A stretch of 64,000 nucleotides of DNA from Octopus sinensis (lineage: Eukaryota). Below are positions 25,961-39,209 of the stretch, in pieces. The notes below the pieces were generated by a model. That model was not told the DNA's origin. It searched no databases and saw nothing but the letters and a program-made list of their open reading frames with translations. The stretch is from positions 192,634,001-192,698,000 of the forward strand of contig NC_042998.1 in NCBI RefSeq assembly GCF_006345805.1, given 5' to 3'. Positions within the stretch are counted from its first letter, which is position 1; each line of letters starts with the position of its first letter. Position numbers and translations under genes: made by a program.

Positions 25961-26529
25961 TTTCTTTGCATTTCACTTTGTCTCTGACTCTTTTTCTTGC
26001 TCTCTCTTTTCCTCCTCCTTAATTCCTTGTTCCTCTTTTTCTCTCTTCTCCCCCTCCTTGATCCCTCTTTTCCTCTCTCTTCTCTTCACACGTGACTGAC
26101 TTTCGAATCTAGCAGCCATCATGTAACACCAACATTTTTTTCTCTGCTCCAAGGCACATTTCCTAGCATGCCAGCTAAGCTTAATTCATCCTAGTCGAAA
26201 GACACCTGTTCATGATGTCCTGTTATTGTTATTAATATTATTATTAGTTTTTACGTGTTATTTTTGTATTCATATTCGTGTAACATTGTCTGTTTTTCTG
26301 TCCTTGTTTTGTATACATTCAAAGCTTTCTTCCAAGGAATCTAATGTGCCTAGCTTAGTTTTTCCTTGGGGCTGGCCAGATTGGAGCAATCACAAGATTA
26401 ATCAGCCGAAATTGCGAGGAGGATCCGGTTCTTCACTGAAAATTGAAGGTTCCGAATGTCCCGTCCGTGTTTTTTTGTGTCGTCATCAAAATGTTTTGCG
26501 TTCTTGTCCCAGTTTGTATTTTTTTATGC

Positions 26530-26568
<39 letters not shown>

Positions 26569-26996
26569 AAGAGAGATACCAAGTTAAAGTAGATTTTGTT
26601 TAATATTTCATGTCTTCTACATCCATATCCATAAATAGTTTGCATTTATGGGCAGCATCACTATGGAATAGGTATTCAAGTTGGCCACTTTTATGAGAAA
26701 TAAGGATAACAACTACCATAATAGAAAGATAATCAAAACATAACATTATTCTTGCTTAGTAGAATGTATGGATAAGTTGTCACGATTCTGTGTGACGTCA
26801 TCATGTATGTTTGCATCTAGCTTCCCTTTGAGAGACGTACAAATACTTGAAAACGATTATTATCGAGAGAGAGAAGGCTAAAATTAGAATAATTTCCATG
26901 TCACCTGAATTTGGTATTAGTGGATAAAGAAATATGAATTGAATTGAATCCAATATTATTACTCTCTCTCTCTCTCTTTATATATATATATATATA

Positions 26997-27504
26997 CTAG
27001 CAGTATCGCCCGGCGTTGCTCGAGTTTGTAAGGGAAATAACTATATAAGCATTTTTTAGAGAGTTACTTCCCTTATAGATGCCAATTCGGGCTTTCTTAG
27101 CCATTTCTGTTTTGGTGTCTTCAAGCCATGAAGTCGTTGTTCTAAAAGAACGCTGGTCTCCTTGACAACGCATTACGACGTTGATTTCTTTACACTCCCT
27201 TCACCACAGCTTCACGAGGGAGGGAAGGGGGAGAAGCAAACAGGTGCAGGTGTGACCATGGACGCCAACTCCGCCGCCATCGACACACGAAAAATTATGC
27301 ATTAAAATTGAATAAAAAATGATGTTAAATTATTTTTAAAATCGTAGACTCATCGTTGACGCGCGCTAATAGCCAGACGGGCTCGATATGAATCACGACT
27401 ATAAGATACCTGAATTTGGTTAAACTGCACCGCAAAATGTGGGAGGAGTTAGGAATCTAAATCGAAGGGGACAGACACTCACACAACTAGAGTTTTATAT
27501 ATAT

Positions 27505-27507
<3 letters not shown>
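26997..27507 (-). mobile_element. Non-autonomous Helitron-type element
   Basis: Minus strand A|TCTATATATATAAAA...gagcaacgccgggcgatactgCTAG|T. Confidence 0.75.
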
Positions 27508-27543
<36 letters not shown>

Positions 27544-28204
27544 TGAAAATGTGTTTATCTCTTTGTTTTCTCATCTCTCTCTTACTCAGCCTCTTTCTGA
27601 TTTAGAATGGAAAATCATAGCTTGAATATATTACTACTTGTAATAACATAATGAATTGAATATCAGTTGCTTTATACTGATGACACAGAGACATGCAGAA
27701 ACAGCCTTTTTATAGATATATTACAGAAAAAATATGATATGTTAGATAAATTCAAATGAAATTGTATAAACATAAAATTTTGAGTATTTTTTTTTACTTG
27801 CTTACATGCTTCTTTCTCATATCATAAAAATGAATGTCCAATCAATGAACCATTTTTATAATTGAAAAATTTATCAAATTATAAGCATAACCCATTAAAT
27901 TTATTTTTTATATGTGATTTAAACTTTTTCCAAGATATTGATTCTATGGGATATTTTTGATAAAAGTCACCTTTATTTGATTTTCTAGTACCATTTGATG
28001 AGTAAACTAAACAATTAAATTCACACTTGAATTTCTTTCTTCCTGTCCAAACGATTGATGTATATTTATTAGGGATGGTGTCATTCATCCTTATTTTATT
28101 TCTTTTGAATTGAGAAATTGATCAGATTAACTCAAATACTTGTTTTATTTTGCATTGACACTATCAAATAGCAAAAAAGCAATGCAAAACATAATTCTGT
28201 AATC

Positions 28205-29470
28205 ATGGGTACAGGTTTGGCTGTGTGGTTGAGAAGCTTGCTTTCCAGCCACATGGTTCTGGGTTCAATCCCACTGCATGGCACGTTAAGTAAGTGTCTT
28301 CTGCTATAGCCTTGGACTTACAAAAGCCTTGTGAGTGGATTTGGTAGAAGGAAACTGAAAGAAGCCCATCATATATATACCTATTTCTTTACTGCCCACA
28401 AGGGGCTACATACAGAAGGGACAAACAAGGACAGACAAAGGGATGAAGTCAATTATATCGACCCCAGTGTGTAACTGGTACTTAATTTATCGACCACGAA
28501 AGGATGAAAGGCAAAGCTTGGAATTTGAACGCAGAATGTAACAGCAGATGAAATACGGCTACGCATTTTGCCCAGCGTGCTAACGTTTCTCCCAGATCAT
28601 CATCATCGTTTAACGTCCGTTTTCCATGCTAGCATGGGTTGGATGATTTTGACTGAGGGCTGGCGAACCAGATGGCTGCACCAGGCTCCAATCTTGATCT
28701 GGCAGAGTTTCTACAGCTGGATTCCCTTCCTAACGCCAACCACTCCAAGAGTGTAGTGGGTGCTTTTTACGTGCCACTGGCACAGGGGCCCAGTCAGGTG
28801 GTACTGGCAATGACCTCGCTTGAATCTTTTTACACATGCTACCAGCACAGGTGCCAGTAAGGTGATGTTGGTAACAACCACGCTCGAATGGTGCCCTTTT
28901 ACGTGCCACGGCATGGGGCCAGTCAGGCGGTACTGGCAATGACCTCACTTGAATCGTTTTACACATGCCACTGTCTCAGGTGCCAGTAAGGTGACGTTGG
29001 TAATGATCACATTTGAATGGTGCCCTTTTACGTGCCACTGGCATGGGGGTCAGTCAGGCAGTACTGGCAATGACCTCGCTCGAATCTTTTTACACATGCC
29101 ACCGGCACAGGTGCCAGCAAGGCGACGTTGGTAACGATCATGCTCGAATGGTGCTCTTTTACGTGCCACGGCATGGGAGCCAGTCAGGCGGTACTGGCAA
29201 TGACCTCACTCGAATATATGTGTGTTTCTTTGTATCTGTGTTTGTTTGCCACTACTTTTTGACAATTGGTGTTGGTATTGGTTTGTTTACCTCCTCATAA
29301 TTTAGCAATTTGGCAAAAAAAAAAGAGCAACAGAATAAGTTAAAAAAAAAAGAAAAATACAGGTTTAAAAAACGAAAAGTACTGGGGTTGATTCATTCAG
29401 CTAAAAATTCTTCAGAGCAGTGCTCCAGCATGGCCACAGTCTAACGATTGAAAAAAGTAAAATATAAAAG
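28205..29470 (+). mobile_element. SINE family A split by nested family B (28378-28595, -) and family C (28598-29215, -) insertions
   Basis: A 5' half ends in its TA tract at about 28378; A 3' half resumes at about 29216. Confidence 0.75.
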
Positions 29471-29673
29471 ATATGTTCTCTCTTTCTTTTGACAATATTG
29501 TAGCATTCTAAGAAATATAAATAAATTTCTTTTTCTCTCGTTTTTTTTTTTGTGTGTGTACTAATTTTGAATGAAAGATTAAATCAAAGGTCTGTAATAT
29601 ACATATCTAATTAAATAGTCAATAATTTATGGGGGAACATGAAATATAAAACTAATTGCATATGAAACATAAA

Positions 29674-30006
29674 GACCCCCTTCGGTCATGAATGACCATG
29701 GGATTGCACCTAGAAAGTTACCCTCCTAGACACAAGTCCGGGCAAGGTTGTTTATGGAAGGCTAGCAGTCGCCCATGCATACCAGCCTCCCCTCTCCACG
29801 CCACCAGTGTTATCCAAGGGAAAGACAAAGGTCGATACAGCTTGGCACCTGTGACGTCGCAACTCATTTCTACAGCTGATTGAACTGGAGCAACGTGAAA
29901 TAAAGTGCTTTGCTCAAGAACACAACACGCAGCCCGGTCCGGGATTCGAGCTCACAACCTCACGATCGTAAGCTCGACGCTCTAACCACTGAGCCATGCG
30001 CCTTCA
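29674..30006 (-). mobile_element. SINE family D (tRNA-derived head, CORE-like centre)
   Basis: A/B-box head ggctcagtggttagagc...ctcgaatccc; 15-bp TSD catatgaaacataaa at 29659-29673 and 30007-30021. Confidence 0.9.
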
Positions 30007-30217
30007 CATATGAAACATAAATATTGATTTATAACTGAGGCACAAGGTTTCTGGTTATTGATTACAAGAAGTAATGTATAATGTTTACCTTTCAGAAGGG
30101 CATTGAAAGAGTCACACAGGTAGATTTGACCAAGTCAATAAAGCACCATTCTGCCAATCAAGTATCAATTGTTTGTATCTTATCAGTTGCAGTAGTAGTA
30201 AAAATGTTTGACTCTTC

Positions 30218-30635
30218 GGATCTTTTCGGTTTGAACGGCAGTTTTTTAAAATAATTTCCACGTAACTAAACACTTTTAAACTTCGTATACTGGTAGAATG
30301 TGTTTATAAAACATCTTTTTCTCTTGGCTTTATTGAGAAAATTCTATAGTTTGTAAGATATTTGTTGTTTTTTTTCTTCAATTTCTGCAATTTCAACAAA
30401 TCATTGACGTTTATTGAAGTAAAAGACATTCTGTGCCGTATGAATATGCCTCTCATTTAAGAAACAGATTGGGTTTATTTACATTTGTGAAGAAAAAAAA
30501 GATACCCTTCCCCCACCCCTAACCCTAACCCTAAAACAGATTGAAATGCAATAGATCGATACTAGGGTCATAATTATGGGTGACAATTTCATATGACACC
30601 GCTAGAAAAAACTGCCGTTCAAACCGAAAAGATCC
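30218..30635. mobile_element. MITE with ~28-bp perfect TIRs and internal (CCCTAA)3
   Basis: ggatcttttcggtttgaacggcagtttt / aaaactgccgttcaaaccgaaaagatcc. Confidence 0.85.
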
Positions 30636-30746
30636 TACTCTTTCTAGCATATTTTGTCAAGCTATGGCAGTAGACTTCATTACTCTAAGCAGAAAGGACA
30701 TTGTATAACTCATTTTGACTTTCATTAGCTTGAAGTTCTGTGATTA

Positions 30747-31536
30747 AATACCTATTTCTTTACTACCCACAAGGGGCTAAACATAGAGTGGACAAACAAG
30801 GACAGACAAAGGGATTAAGTCGATTACATTGACCCCAGTGCGTAACTGGTACTTATTTAATCGACCCCGAAAGGATGAAAGGCAAAGTCGACCTCAGCAG
30901 AATTTGAACTCACAACGTAACGGCAGGCGAAATACCTATTTCTTTACTGCCCACAAGGGGCTAAACATAGAGTGGACAAACAAGGACAGACAAAGGGATT
31001 AAGTCGATTACATTGACCCCAGTGCGTAACTGGTACTTATTTAATCGACCCCGAAAGGATGAAAGGCAAAGTCGACCTCAGCAGAATTTGAACTCACAAC
31101 GTAACGGCAGGCGAAATACCTATTTCTTTACTGCCCACAAGGGGCTAAACACAGAGGGGACAAACAAAGACAGACAAAGGGATTAAGTCGATTACAATGA
31201 TGCCAGTGCATAACTGGTACTTGATTTATCGACCCCGAAAGGATGAAAGGCAAAGTCGGCCTCAGCAGAATTTGAACTCACAACGTAACGGCAGTCAAAA
31301 TACCTATTTCTTTACTGCCCACAAGGGGCTAAACTCAGAGGGGACAAACAAGGACAGACAAACGGATTAAGTCGATTAGATCGACCCCAGTGCGTAACTG
31401 GTACTTATTTAATCGACCCCGAAAGGATGAAAGGCAAAGTCGACCTCAGCGGAATTTGAACTCAGAACGTAACGACAGGCGAAATACCGCTAAGCATTTC
31501 GCCTGGCGTGCTAACGTTTCTGCCAGCTCGACGCCT
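30747..31536 (-). mobile_element. SINE family B, head + 4 units
   Basis: About 184-bp periodicity. Confidence 0.9.
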
Positions 31537-32120
31537 TAAATATCCTTCAGGAATTGGAAGAAAGAAACCAGTTTATGTAATTTTCCTTTGGGTCATTACA
31601 TGAAGATAACATTTTCAGTTGGGGGTGTTCTAGTAGTTCAAATGCAGAAGCTTTCTCAGTGTATAGAAAGTAAAATGGCTGCAGTTTAAGACTGAAACTG
31701 TCTTTACAATTTGTCTTACTAATAGCATGTCTCTCTTTCTCCGACTGCACCTGCTATATGAAACATATATATTAATAATCACTCTTATGAGAAATTCTAG
31801 ATTATAGAATTTTAGAATATATTTTCACCTTTTCATTTAGCACCCTTTATACTGAAATTACCATATTTATATTTGGATTAAATATTAATCTCATAAATGA
31901 CCATTTCAAATTTATTACTTTTTGTTCTTTTATTAATCATTGAATAATGGAATATTAAATCACTTTTGAGTAACTATTTTCTGCGATGTACTATCAATTA
32001 TCTCTTAACAAGAACTAATTTACTTGTCTTCTACTGTAAGTAGTAAAGTTAGAAATTATGAAGCACAGGTTTATGAAGTCTATTTTTTTTATACTTAGTT
32101 TCTGTTATTGAATGAAACTA

Positions 32121-32282
32121 GGCGTAGGAGTGGCTGTGTGGTAAGTAGCTTGCTTACCAACCACATGATTCTGGGTTCAGTCCCACTGTGTGGCACCTTG
32201 GGTACGTGTCTTCTACTATAGCCTTGTGCCGACCATAGCCTTATGAGTGGATTTGCTAGACGGAAACTGAAAGAAGCCCGTC

Positions 32283-32321
<39 letters not shown>

Positions 32322-32533
32322 CATGTTTGTGTGTCTGTATTTGTCCCCCCAACATCGCTTGGCAACCGATGCTGGTGTGTTTACGTCCCCATAACTTAGC
32401 GGTTCAGCAAAAAACGAGACTGATAAAATAAGTACTAGGCTTACAAAGAATAAATCCTGGGGTCAATTTGATCGACTAAAGACGGTGCTCCAGCATGGCC
32501 ACAGTCACATGACTGAATCGAGTAAAAGAGAGA
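32121..32533 (+). mobile_element. SINE family A, full length
   Basis: Head to tail match. Confidence 0.85.
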
Positions 32534-32706
32534 GTAGTCACAAATCTTATTATTCTTAATAGTTTAATATCTGCTAAGGCAGTGAATTGGCAGAATTGTT
32601 ACTGCACCAAAAAATTGCCGAGTGGCATTTCTTCTGACTTCAAAATCTGAGTTCAAACACTGTTGGTGTTGACTTTACCTTTCACTCTTTTGGAGCTGAT
32701 AAAATA

Positions 32707-33865
32707 AATACCTATTTCTTTATTACCCACAAGGAGCTAAACACAGAAGGGACAAACAAGGACAGACAAACGGATTAAGTCGATTACATCGACCCCAGTG
32801 CGTAAGTGGTACTTAATTTATCGACCCCGAAAGGATAAAAGGCAATGTCGACCTCGACGGAATTTGAAATCACAGCATAATGGCAGGCGAAATACCTATT
32901 TCTTTACTACTCACAAGGAGCTAAACACAGAAGGGACAAACAAGGACAGACAAACGGATTAAGTCGATTACATCGACCCCAGTGCGTAAGTGGTACTTAA
33001 TTTATCGACCCCGAAAGGATAAAAGGCAATGTCGACCTCGACGGAATTTGAAATCACAGCATAATGGCAGGCGAAATACCTATTTCTTTACTACTCACAA
33101 GGAGCTAAACACAGAAGGGACAAACAAGGACAGACAAACGGATTAAGTCGATTACATCGACCCCAGTGCGTAAGTGGTACTTAATTTATCGACCCCGAAA
33201 GGATAAAAGGCAATGTCGACCTCGACGGAATTTGAAATCACAGCATAATGGCAGGCGAAATACCTATTTCTTTACTACTCACAAGGAGCTAAACACAGAA
33301 GGGACAAACAAGGACAGACAAACGGATTAAGTCGATTACATCGACCCCAGTGCGTAAGTGGTACTTAATTTATCGACCCCGAAAGGATAAAAGGCAATGT
33401 CGACCTCGACGGAATTTGAAATCACAGCATAATGGCAGGCGAAATACCTATTTCTTTACTACTCACAAGGAGCTAAACACAGAAGGGACAAACAAGGACA
33501 GACAAACGGATTAAGTCGATTACATCGACCCCAGTGCGTAAGTGGTACTTAATTTATCGACCCCGAAAGGATAAAAGGCAATGTCGACCTCGACGGAATT
33601 TGAAATCACAGCATAATGGCAGGCGAAATACCTATTTCTTTACTACCCTCTAGGGGCTAAACATAGAGTGGACAAACAAGGACAGACAAAGGGATTAAGT
33701 CAATTACATCGACCCCACTGCGTAACTGGTACTTAATTTACCGACCCCGAAAGGATGAAAGGCAAAGTCGACCTTGGCGGAATTTGAACTCAGAACGTAG
33801 CAGCAGACGAAATACAGCTACACATTTCGCTCGGAGTGCTAATGTTTCTGCCAGCTCGCTGCCTT
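32707..33865 (-). mobile_element. SINE family B, head + 6 units
   Basis: Junctions at 32707, 32891, 33075 and onward (period 184); five units nearly identical. Confidence 0.9.
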
Positions 33866-34299
33866 ACTGATAAAATGAATACTAGTTGAACACTGGGGTT
33901 GATGTAACCAATTTAAACCCTCCCTGAAATTGCTGGCCTTGTGCTGAAATTTGGAGCCAATATTTTAATATCTGCTGATATCATATTGAGGTTTCTACCT
34001 AATCACTTTTCTCCCTTCATTCTACCTCAACCTTTTGAACTCAGGAGAAATTTATTTTCCTTAGCGCCCCCACCTCTTTCATTTTATTCAAATATATTGA
34101 CAGTTGAAGCAAGTTCAATAAAATCTAAACCATTAGTTCTTGATTTATTTCAATTGCTCTAGTTTCTCTCTTTTTAATTACTGTGTGACTAAGTTTTATT
34201 CATAAACAACTTGGAGATACAAGTGCTACCAGCTGAAAGCTCCACATACCAGACACTGCCGGCTTACAGGCTCATCAGGAGAGAAGGCACACTGTTCTG

Positions 34300-34680
34300 T
34301 GAGCCTTCCCCTTGATGGCATTATTGCACACACACACACCTCTCTCATCACACTGAGTCAAGGCCTTACTTGCTTGATCAACTGGCTACTAAGCTTTACT
34401 CTGTATTCTTCTAGCCATTGCTCATCTCTTTTTAACCAAATCCAGTGGTGTGCCTTCTCCACTGCAGTTTGATATTACCTATCATAGTATTTGTTTTATG
34501 TTGAGTTAGGCTCAGTGACAACAAATGTCATCTCATATCACATCAAAGGAATCCTCTTGTAGCATCTTGAGGAGATGTTCTTACCAGGCAATCTTTCAAG
34601 TCCAACTGGTGTTCATGTTATCTTCATGGGAACCACCAGCTTGATCTGATGTACCATTTTCTTTTCTTCACACTAGATGA
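34300..34680 (-). mobile_element. Decayed RLE-type non-LTR retrotransposon C-terminus (HERO/NeSL-like)
   Basis: ...AVEKAHHWIWLKRDEQWLEE resembles the terminal motif of such ORFs. Confidence 0.4.
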
Positions 34681-34690
34681 AATTAACTCT

Positions 34691-34909
34691 CTTACTCTTT
34701 TACTCTTTTACTTGTTTCAGTCATTTGACTGCGGCCATGCTGGAGCACCGTCTTTAGTCGAGCAAATCGACCCTGGGATTTATTCTTTGTAAGCCCAGTA
34801 CTTATTCTATCGGTCTCTTTTGCCGAACCGCTAAGTGACGGGGACGTAAACACACCAGCATCGGTTGTCAAGCAATGCTAGGGGGACAAACACAGACACA
34901 CAAGCATAT

Positions 34910-34978
<69 letters not shown>

Positions 34979-35110
34979 CAACGGGCTTCTTTCAGTTTCC
35001 GTCTACCAAATCCACTCACAAGGTTTTGGTCAATTTGCTTGACTAAAGGCGGTGCTCCAGCATGGCCGCAGTCAAATGACCGAAACAAGTAAAAGAGAGT
35101 AAAGAGAGAG
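34691..35110 (-). mobile_element. SINE family A, 5'-truncated, with an inverted second copy of its own tail
   Basis: Tail on minus strand at 34691-34780 and on plus strand at 35028-35110. Confidence 0.8.
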
Positions 35111-35687
35111 TAAAGGTTAATTCAGTTCTATGCAGCATTGAAGGGAATCTTATGATTCAAATTGTGTCTCCAGGATATTTATCTAACGTTAGTGTACAGT
35201 TGGAAAGGATGGGTTTCAGCATCATTCCTACTTTCCCACATCTGTGTTTATCCCTCTTTCATGCCTTCCATCTCACCATGTTCGTAGGAGGCAGCAAGGC
35301 TTCATAGGATGACCAAATCAAAAACCTTGTTGTGATGTACTCCACTCTCATATTTTATCCCAACTTATTTTCCTCTTATTTACATGCTTCTTCCATCTTG
35401 AAATTTGTCCTTGTTGAGAGCTTTGAATCAAATGAAGCTCTCTCTACTTCCCTTGTCTTGACACAACAAGCCTGCATTCATTCCGTATTATACCTGAAAG
35501 GATTTGAGCTAAACACATGTCTCTTCTGATTAGTTTTCTATGACACCTATCATGTCTTGGTGTTTAAGTGAAGACAAGATATCATCAGATTCTGCTTTCC
35601 ACTTCCTGGCTGTTTTTACATCTGTTCTTACCATCATCACTCTCTGTATCTTCCTTACTCAATAAAGTTAAACAGTAATTGTAAATA

Positions 35688-36458
35688 TCTATATATATAA
35701 AGCTGAAGTTGTCTGTGTGTGGCAGGTTTAGTAGCCTTCAACTAACACTATTTCCTCCAAGACCCTGCGGCGCAAGTTGACCAAATTTGAAAGTATGATA
35801 GAAGGCTTGCTCTTCCTTCTGTAGAAGAAAACATTCAAATCAGACCATGTTAACACCAAAAATTATTTACATCAAAAAGGTGCTTTTTTTCTATGAAAAT
35901 CACTATTTTTCACGACTTTTTGACTGCTGTGTCGCCATTTTTCGGTGTATTTCAACCAGAAAAATGTTCATCATCATCATCATCGTTTAACGTCCGCTTT
36001 CCATGCTAGCATGGGTTGGATGGTTCAACTGGGGTCTGGGAAGTTCAAAGGCTGCACCAGGCCAGTCAGATCTGGTGGTGTTTCAACAGCTGGATGCCCT
36101 TCCTAATGCCAACCACTCCGTGAGTGTAGTGGGTGCTTTTTATGTGCCACCGACACAGGTGCCAGACGAGGCTGGCATGGCCACGATCGGATGGTGCTTG
36201 TTAAGTACCACCAGCACGGAGGCCAGTCGATGCGGTGCTGGCTACGGTCACGTTCGGATGGTTCTCTTATATGCCACCAGCACTGGTACCACAAACTACA
36301 AATTCCATTGATGTTGTTCGATTTTGATTTGATGTTTTGATTCTTTGATTTTCACTTAAAGAGAATAACAAGCTACGTAATGCAACATTTTTACTTTTCA
36401 AAAATTCCAATTCTAAAAGGTCGAAACAAACCTGAGCAACGCCGGGCGATACTGCTAG
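35688..36458 (+). mobile_element. Non-autonomous Helitron-type element with nested family C copy (35968-36350, -)
   Basis: A|TCTATATATATAAAG...gagcaacgccgggcgatactgCTAG|T. Confidence 0.75.
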
Positions 36459-37011
36459 TTAACAATAAAGTTAAACAAAAATTGTTGATTGTAATGACCC
36501 CATTTTATGACAAAACGCTGAGTTGTTCATTAATGCTAAGCAAACTTAGCCATTTTCTACTGAACACATTACATGTCTGCTCAAATATATAATAAATAAT
36601 TTTTATTACATTTCCATGCAATTATGTTTGTAATACTACTTGACTTTTACAACCTTCTTTGTTTTGTGTCCTCCAGTATTCTATGATATATATTTTATGC
36701 AGATACTTTCATTTAACTGTGCATTTCATTGTCACTAAGGATTATCTATTTTCTCACTCTATTTTACATCCAAAATGCTGACTGTCACATATCCAGCTCA
36801 CTATTGATTCACTCAAATATCAGGACTAATTTACATTCTATAGCAAACTATTTTGGATTTCTAGTCTTTGCTATGTTCTACTATTTACTCATATTATCAT
36901 ATATTAGGTGTACAATTATCAACTCAAGGTCAGCTAATCGGAAATCACACTGTAGTAGGTGTACACTTATTGATTGCATGCATATATCCAGTTCCTCTTA
37001 GGTATAATTAG

Positions 37012-37590
37012 AAACGCTAGCAGGCCGGGCGAAGTGCGTAGCTGTATTTCGTCTGCCGTTACGTTCTGAGTTCAAATTCCATCGAGGTCCACTTTGCCTT
37101 TCATCCTTTTGGGGTCGATAAAATAAGTACCAGATATGCACTGGGGTTGATATAATTGACTTAATCCGTTTGTCTGTCCTTGTTTGTCATCTCTGTGTTT
37201 AGCCCCTTGTGGGTAGTAAAGAAATAGGTATTTTGTCTGCCGTTACGTTCTGAGTTCAAATTCCACCGAGGTCCACTTTGCCTTTCATCCTTCGGGGTTG
37301 ATAAAATAAGTACCAGATATGCACTGGGGTTGATATAATTGACTTAATCTGTTTGTCTGTCCTTGTTTGTCATCTCTGTGTTTAGCCCCTTGTGGGTAGT
37401 AAAGAAATAGGTATTTCGTCTGCCGTTACGTTCTGAGTTCAAATTCCACCGAGGTCCACTTTGCCTTTCATCGTTTCAGGGTCGATAAAATAAGTACCAG
37501 TTACACACTGGGGTTGATATAATCGACTTAATCCGTTTGTCTGTCCTTGTTAGTCCTCTCTGTGTTTGTGGGTAGTAAAGAAATAGGTAT
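37012..37590 (+). mobile_element. SINE family B, head + 3 units
   Basis: Units share the private variant gaggtccactttg. Confidence 0.85.
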
Positions 37591-37792
37591 AATCAAAATG
37601 CTACTGGGATTTGAAGATTTCTGTCTTTATATGTTCTACATCTAAGTTTTGGCTAGATTTACATTCAAAATCTACAAGTCATATCTTTACTTTCAAATTA
37701 TAAGGATCAAGAAACTAATAGCATATATGATATGATTATATGTCTCTGATTATGTTAATGTAAACACTATCTGGAGAGCTGTTTGAGTATTG

Positions 37793-38098
37793 TGGAGGCA
37801 CATGGCCTAGTGGTTAGAGCAGCGGGCTCGCGGTTGAGGGATTGCGGGTTCGAATCTCAGACCGGGTAATGTGTGTGTTTATGAGCGAAACACCAAAGCT
37901 CCATGCGGCTCCAGCAGAAGGTAATGGCGAAACTTCTGCTGACTCTTTCGCCACAACTTTCTCTCACTCTTTCCTCCTGCATCTTGCAGCTCACCTGCGA
38001 TGGACCGGCATCCCGTCCAGGTGGGGATCCTATACGCCAAAGAAACCGGGAAACTGGTCCTTATGAGCCAGGCATGGCTCAAGAAGGAACAAACTCTA
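37793..38098 (+). mobile_element. SINE family E (tRNA-Arg-like head)
   Basis: ggcctagtggttagagc...ctcgcgg...ggttcgaatctc; 11-bp TSD tttgagtattg. Confidence 0.9.
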
Positions 38099-38972
38099 TT
38101 TGAGTATTGAAGTAATGAGCTATGTAAGTAAAAGTAATTGTTAATCTATTGAATTGAAAGTATTCTGGAGTCTAGACACAACAACAACAAAGGCAATACT
38201 TAAACTTGACTTCAGATTTTTACTGACAGTATTATAAACAGAACATGAAATAGTTCCTGATGATGCAAAGGATGTATAGTTTCTCAAATGAAATGCCAGA
38301 AATGTTGAATTTCAAGATGCCAAAAGAGGTATCTGATGCAATGTCTTGCTCAGAGCTTTCAAAGTATTTTTAGGTATCTGTCTCATGTAATTGCATTCCA
38401 CAGCAATAATATTTTCTGTTTCAAAACTGGCAATGCTGATAGCTTTAAATCTGTCAGTTTTGAATAAAGAGATATGTTTTAGTTGGAAATGTACTATATG
38501 TATAACTTACATAATGACCGATATGAAAACTGTTGGAAGATATTTGACATTCACTACGCGCATTTGTGTACATTATAATAATACACCCTTAAGCAAGGCA
38601 CTTCATCAAACTTTCCTGTTTGTCTAGAAAGAAAATAGAAACCACTCCTACATAAAGAAAGAAGATTCATATGTAAGATATTTGATTCTATAAATATTTG
38701 ATTTTCAAAAATATCCAACATTTTTCCTAGAATGTAAAATGATAATTCCCAATAATGTCGAAAATTCTCAATCTACGTTTATTCAATTCGCTTTGAAAAG
38801 TTTTATTTTGAAAAGCATATTTAATAAAAATAATTGCTTGTCTACACCGTGAAGTAGTAAATTACTAACGAATACTTATAGCCTTGTGACAGGCAAGTTG
38901 TTTCACTTGCTTTAGCTTTTAATGTGTATACCTGCTGATAGAAATTTAAGTACCATGTAGGTACAGCTTAAT

Positions 38973-39209
38973 GAAGGCAGAAAGCTGACAGAAATGTTAG
39001 CACACCGGGCGAAATGCTTAGCGGTATTTTGTCTGCTGTTACGTTCTGAATTCAAATTCCACCGAGGTCGACATTGCCTTTCATCCTTTCGGGGTCGATA
39101 AATTAAGTACCAGTCACACCCTGGGGTCAGTGTTATCAACTTAATCCGTTTGCCTGTCCTTGTTTGTCCTCTCTGTGTTTAGCCCCTTGTAGGTAGTAAA
39201 GAAATAGGT
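38973..39209 (+). mobile_element. SINE family B, single unit
   Basis: 15-bp TSD taggtacagcttaat at 38958-38972 and 39205-39219. Confidence 0.9.

Noticed and set aside
26340-26460. ggctg...cagcc stem followed by GAAA (hammerhead-like)
   Set aside because: No CTGANGA core upstream
28760-29210. Repeat-spacer pattern with short hairpins resembling CRISPR
   Set aside because: The apparent spacers are recurring VNTR unit types found in many family C copies
29930-30006. tRNA genes (also near 49176, 37793, 59260)
   Set aside because: tRNA-like heads lack a proper acceptor stem, run into SINE bodies, and three of the four have clear TSDs
31547-31750. KASAFELLEHPQLK resembling a kinase C-terminal R.SA.ELL.HP motif
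   Set aside because: Invariant Arg missing, no other kinase subdomains found, splice sites unconvincing
32707-33865. CRISPR-like or prokaryotic repeat array
   Set aside because: Units are contiguous 184-bp SINE bodies without unique spacers; no cas genes; eukaryotic context
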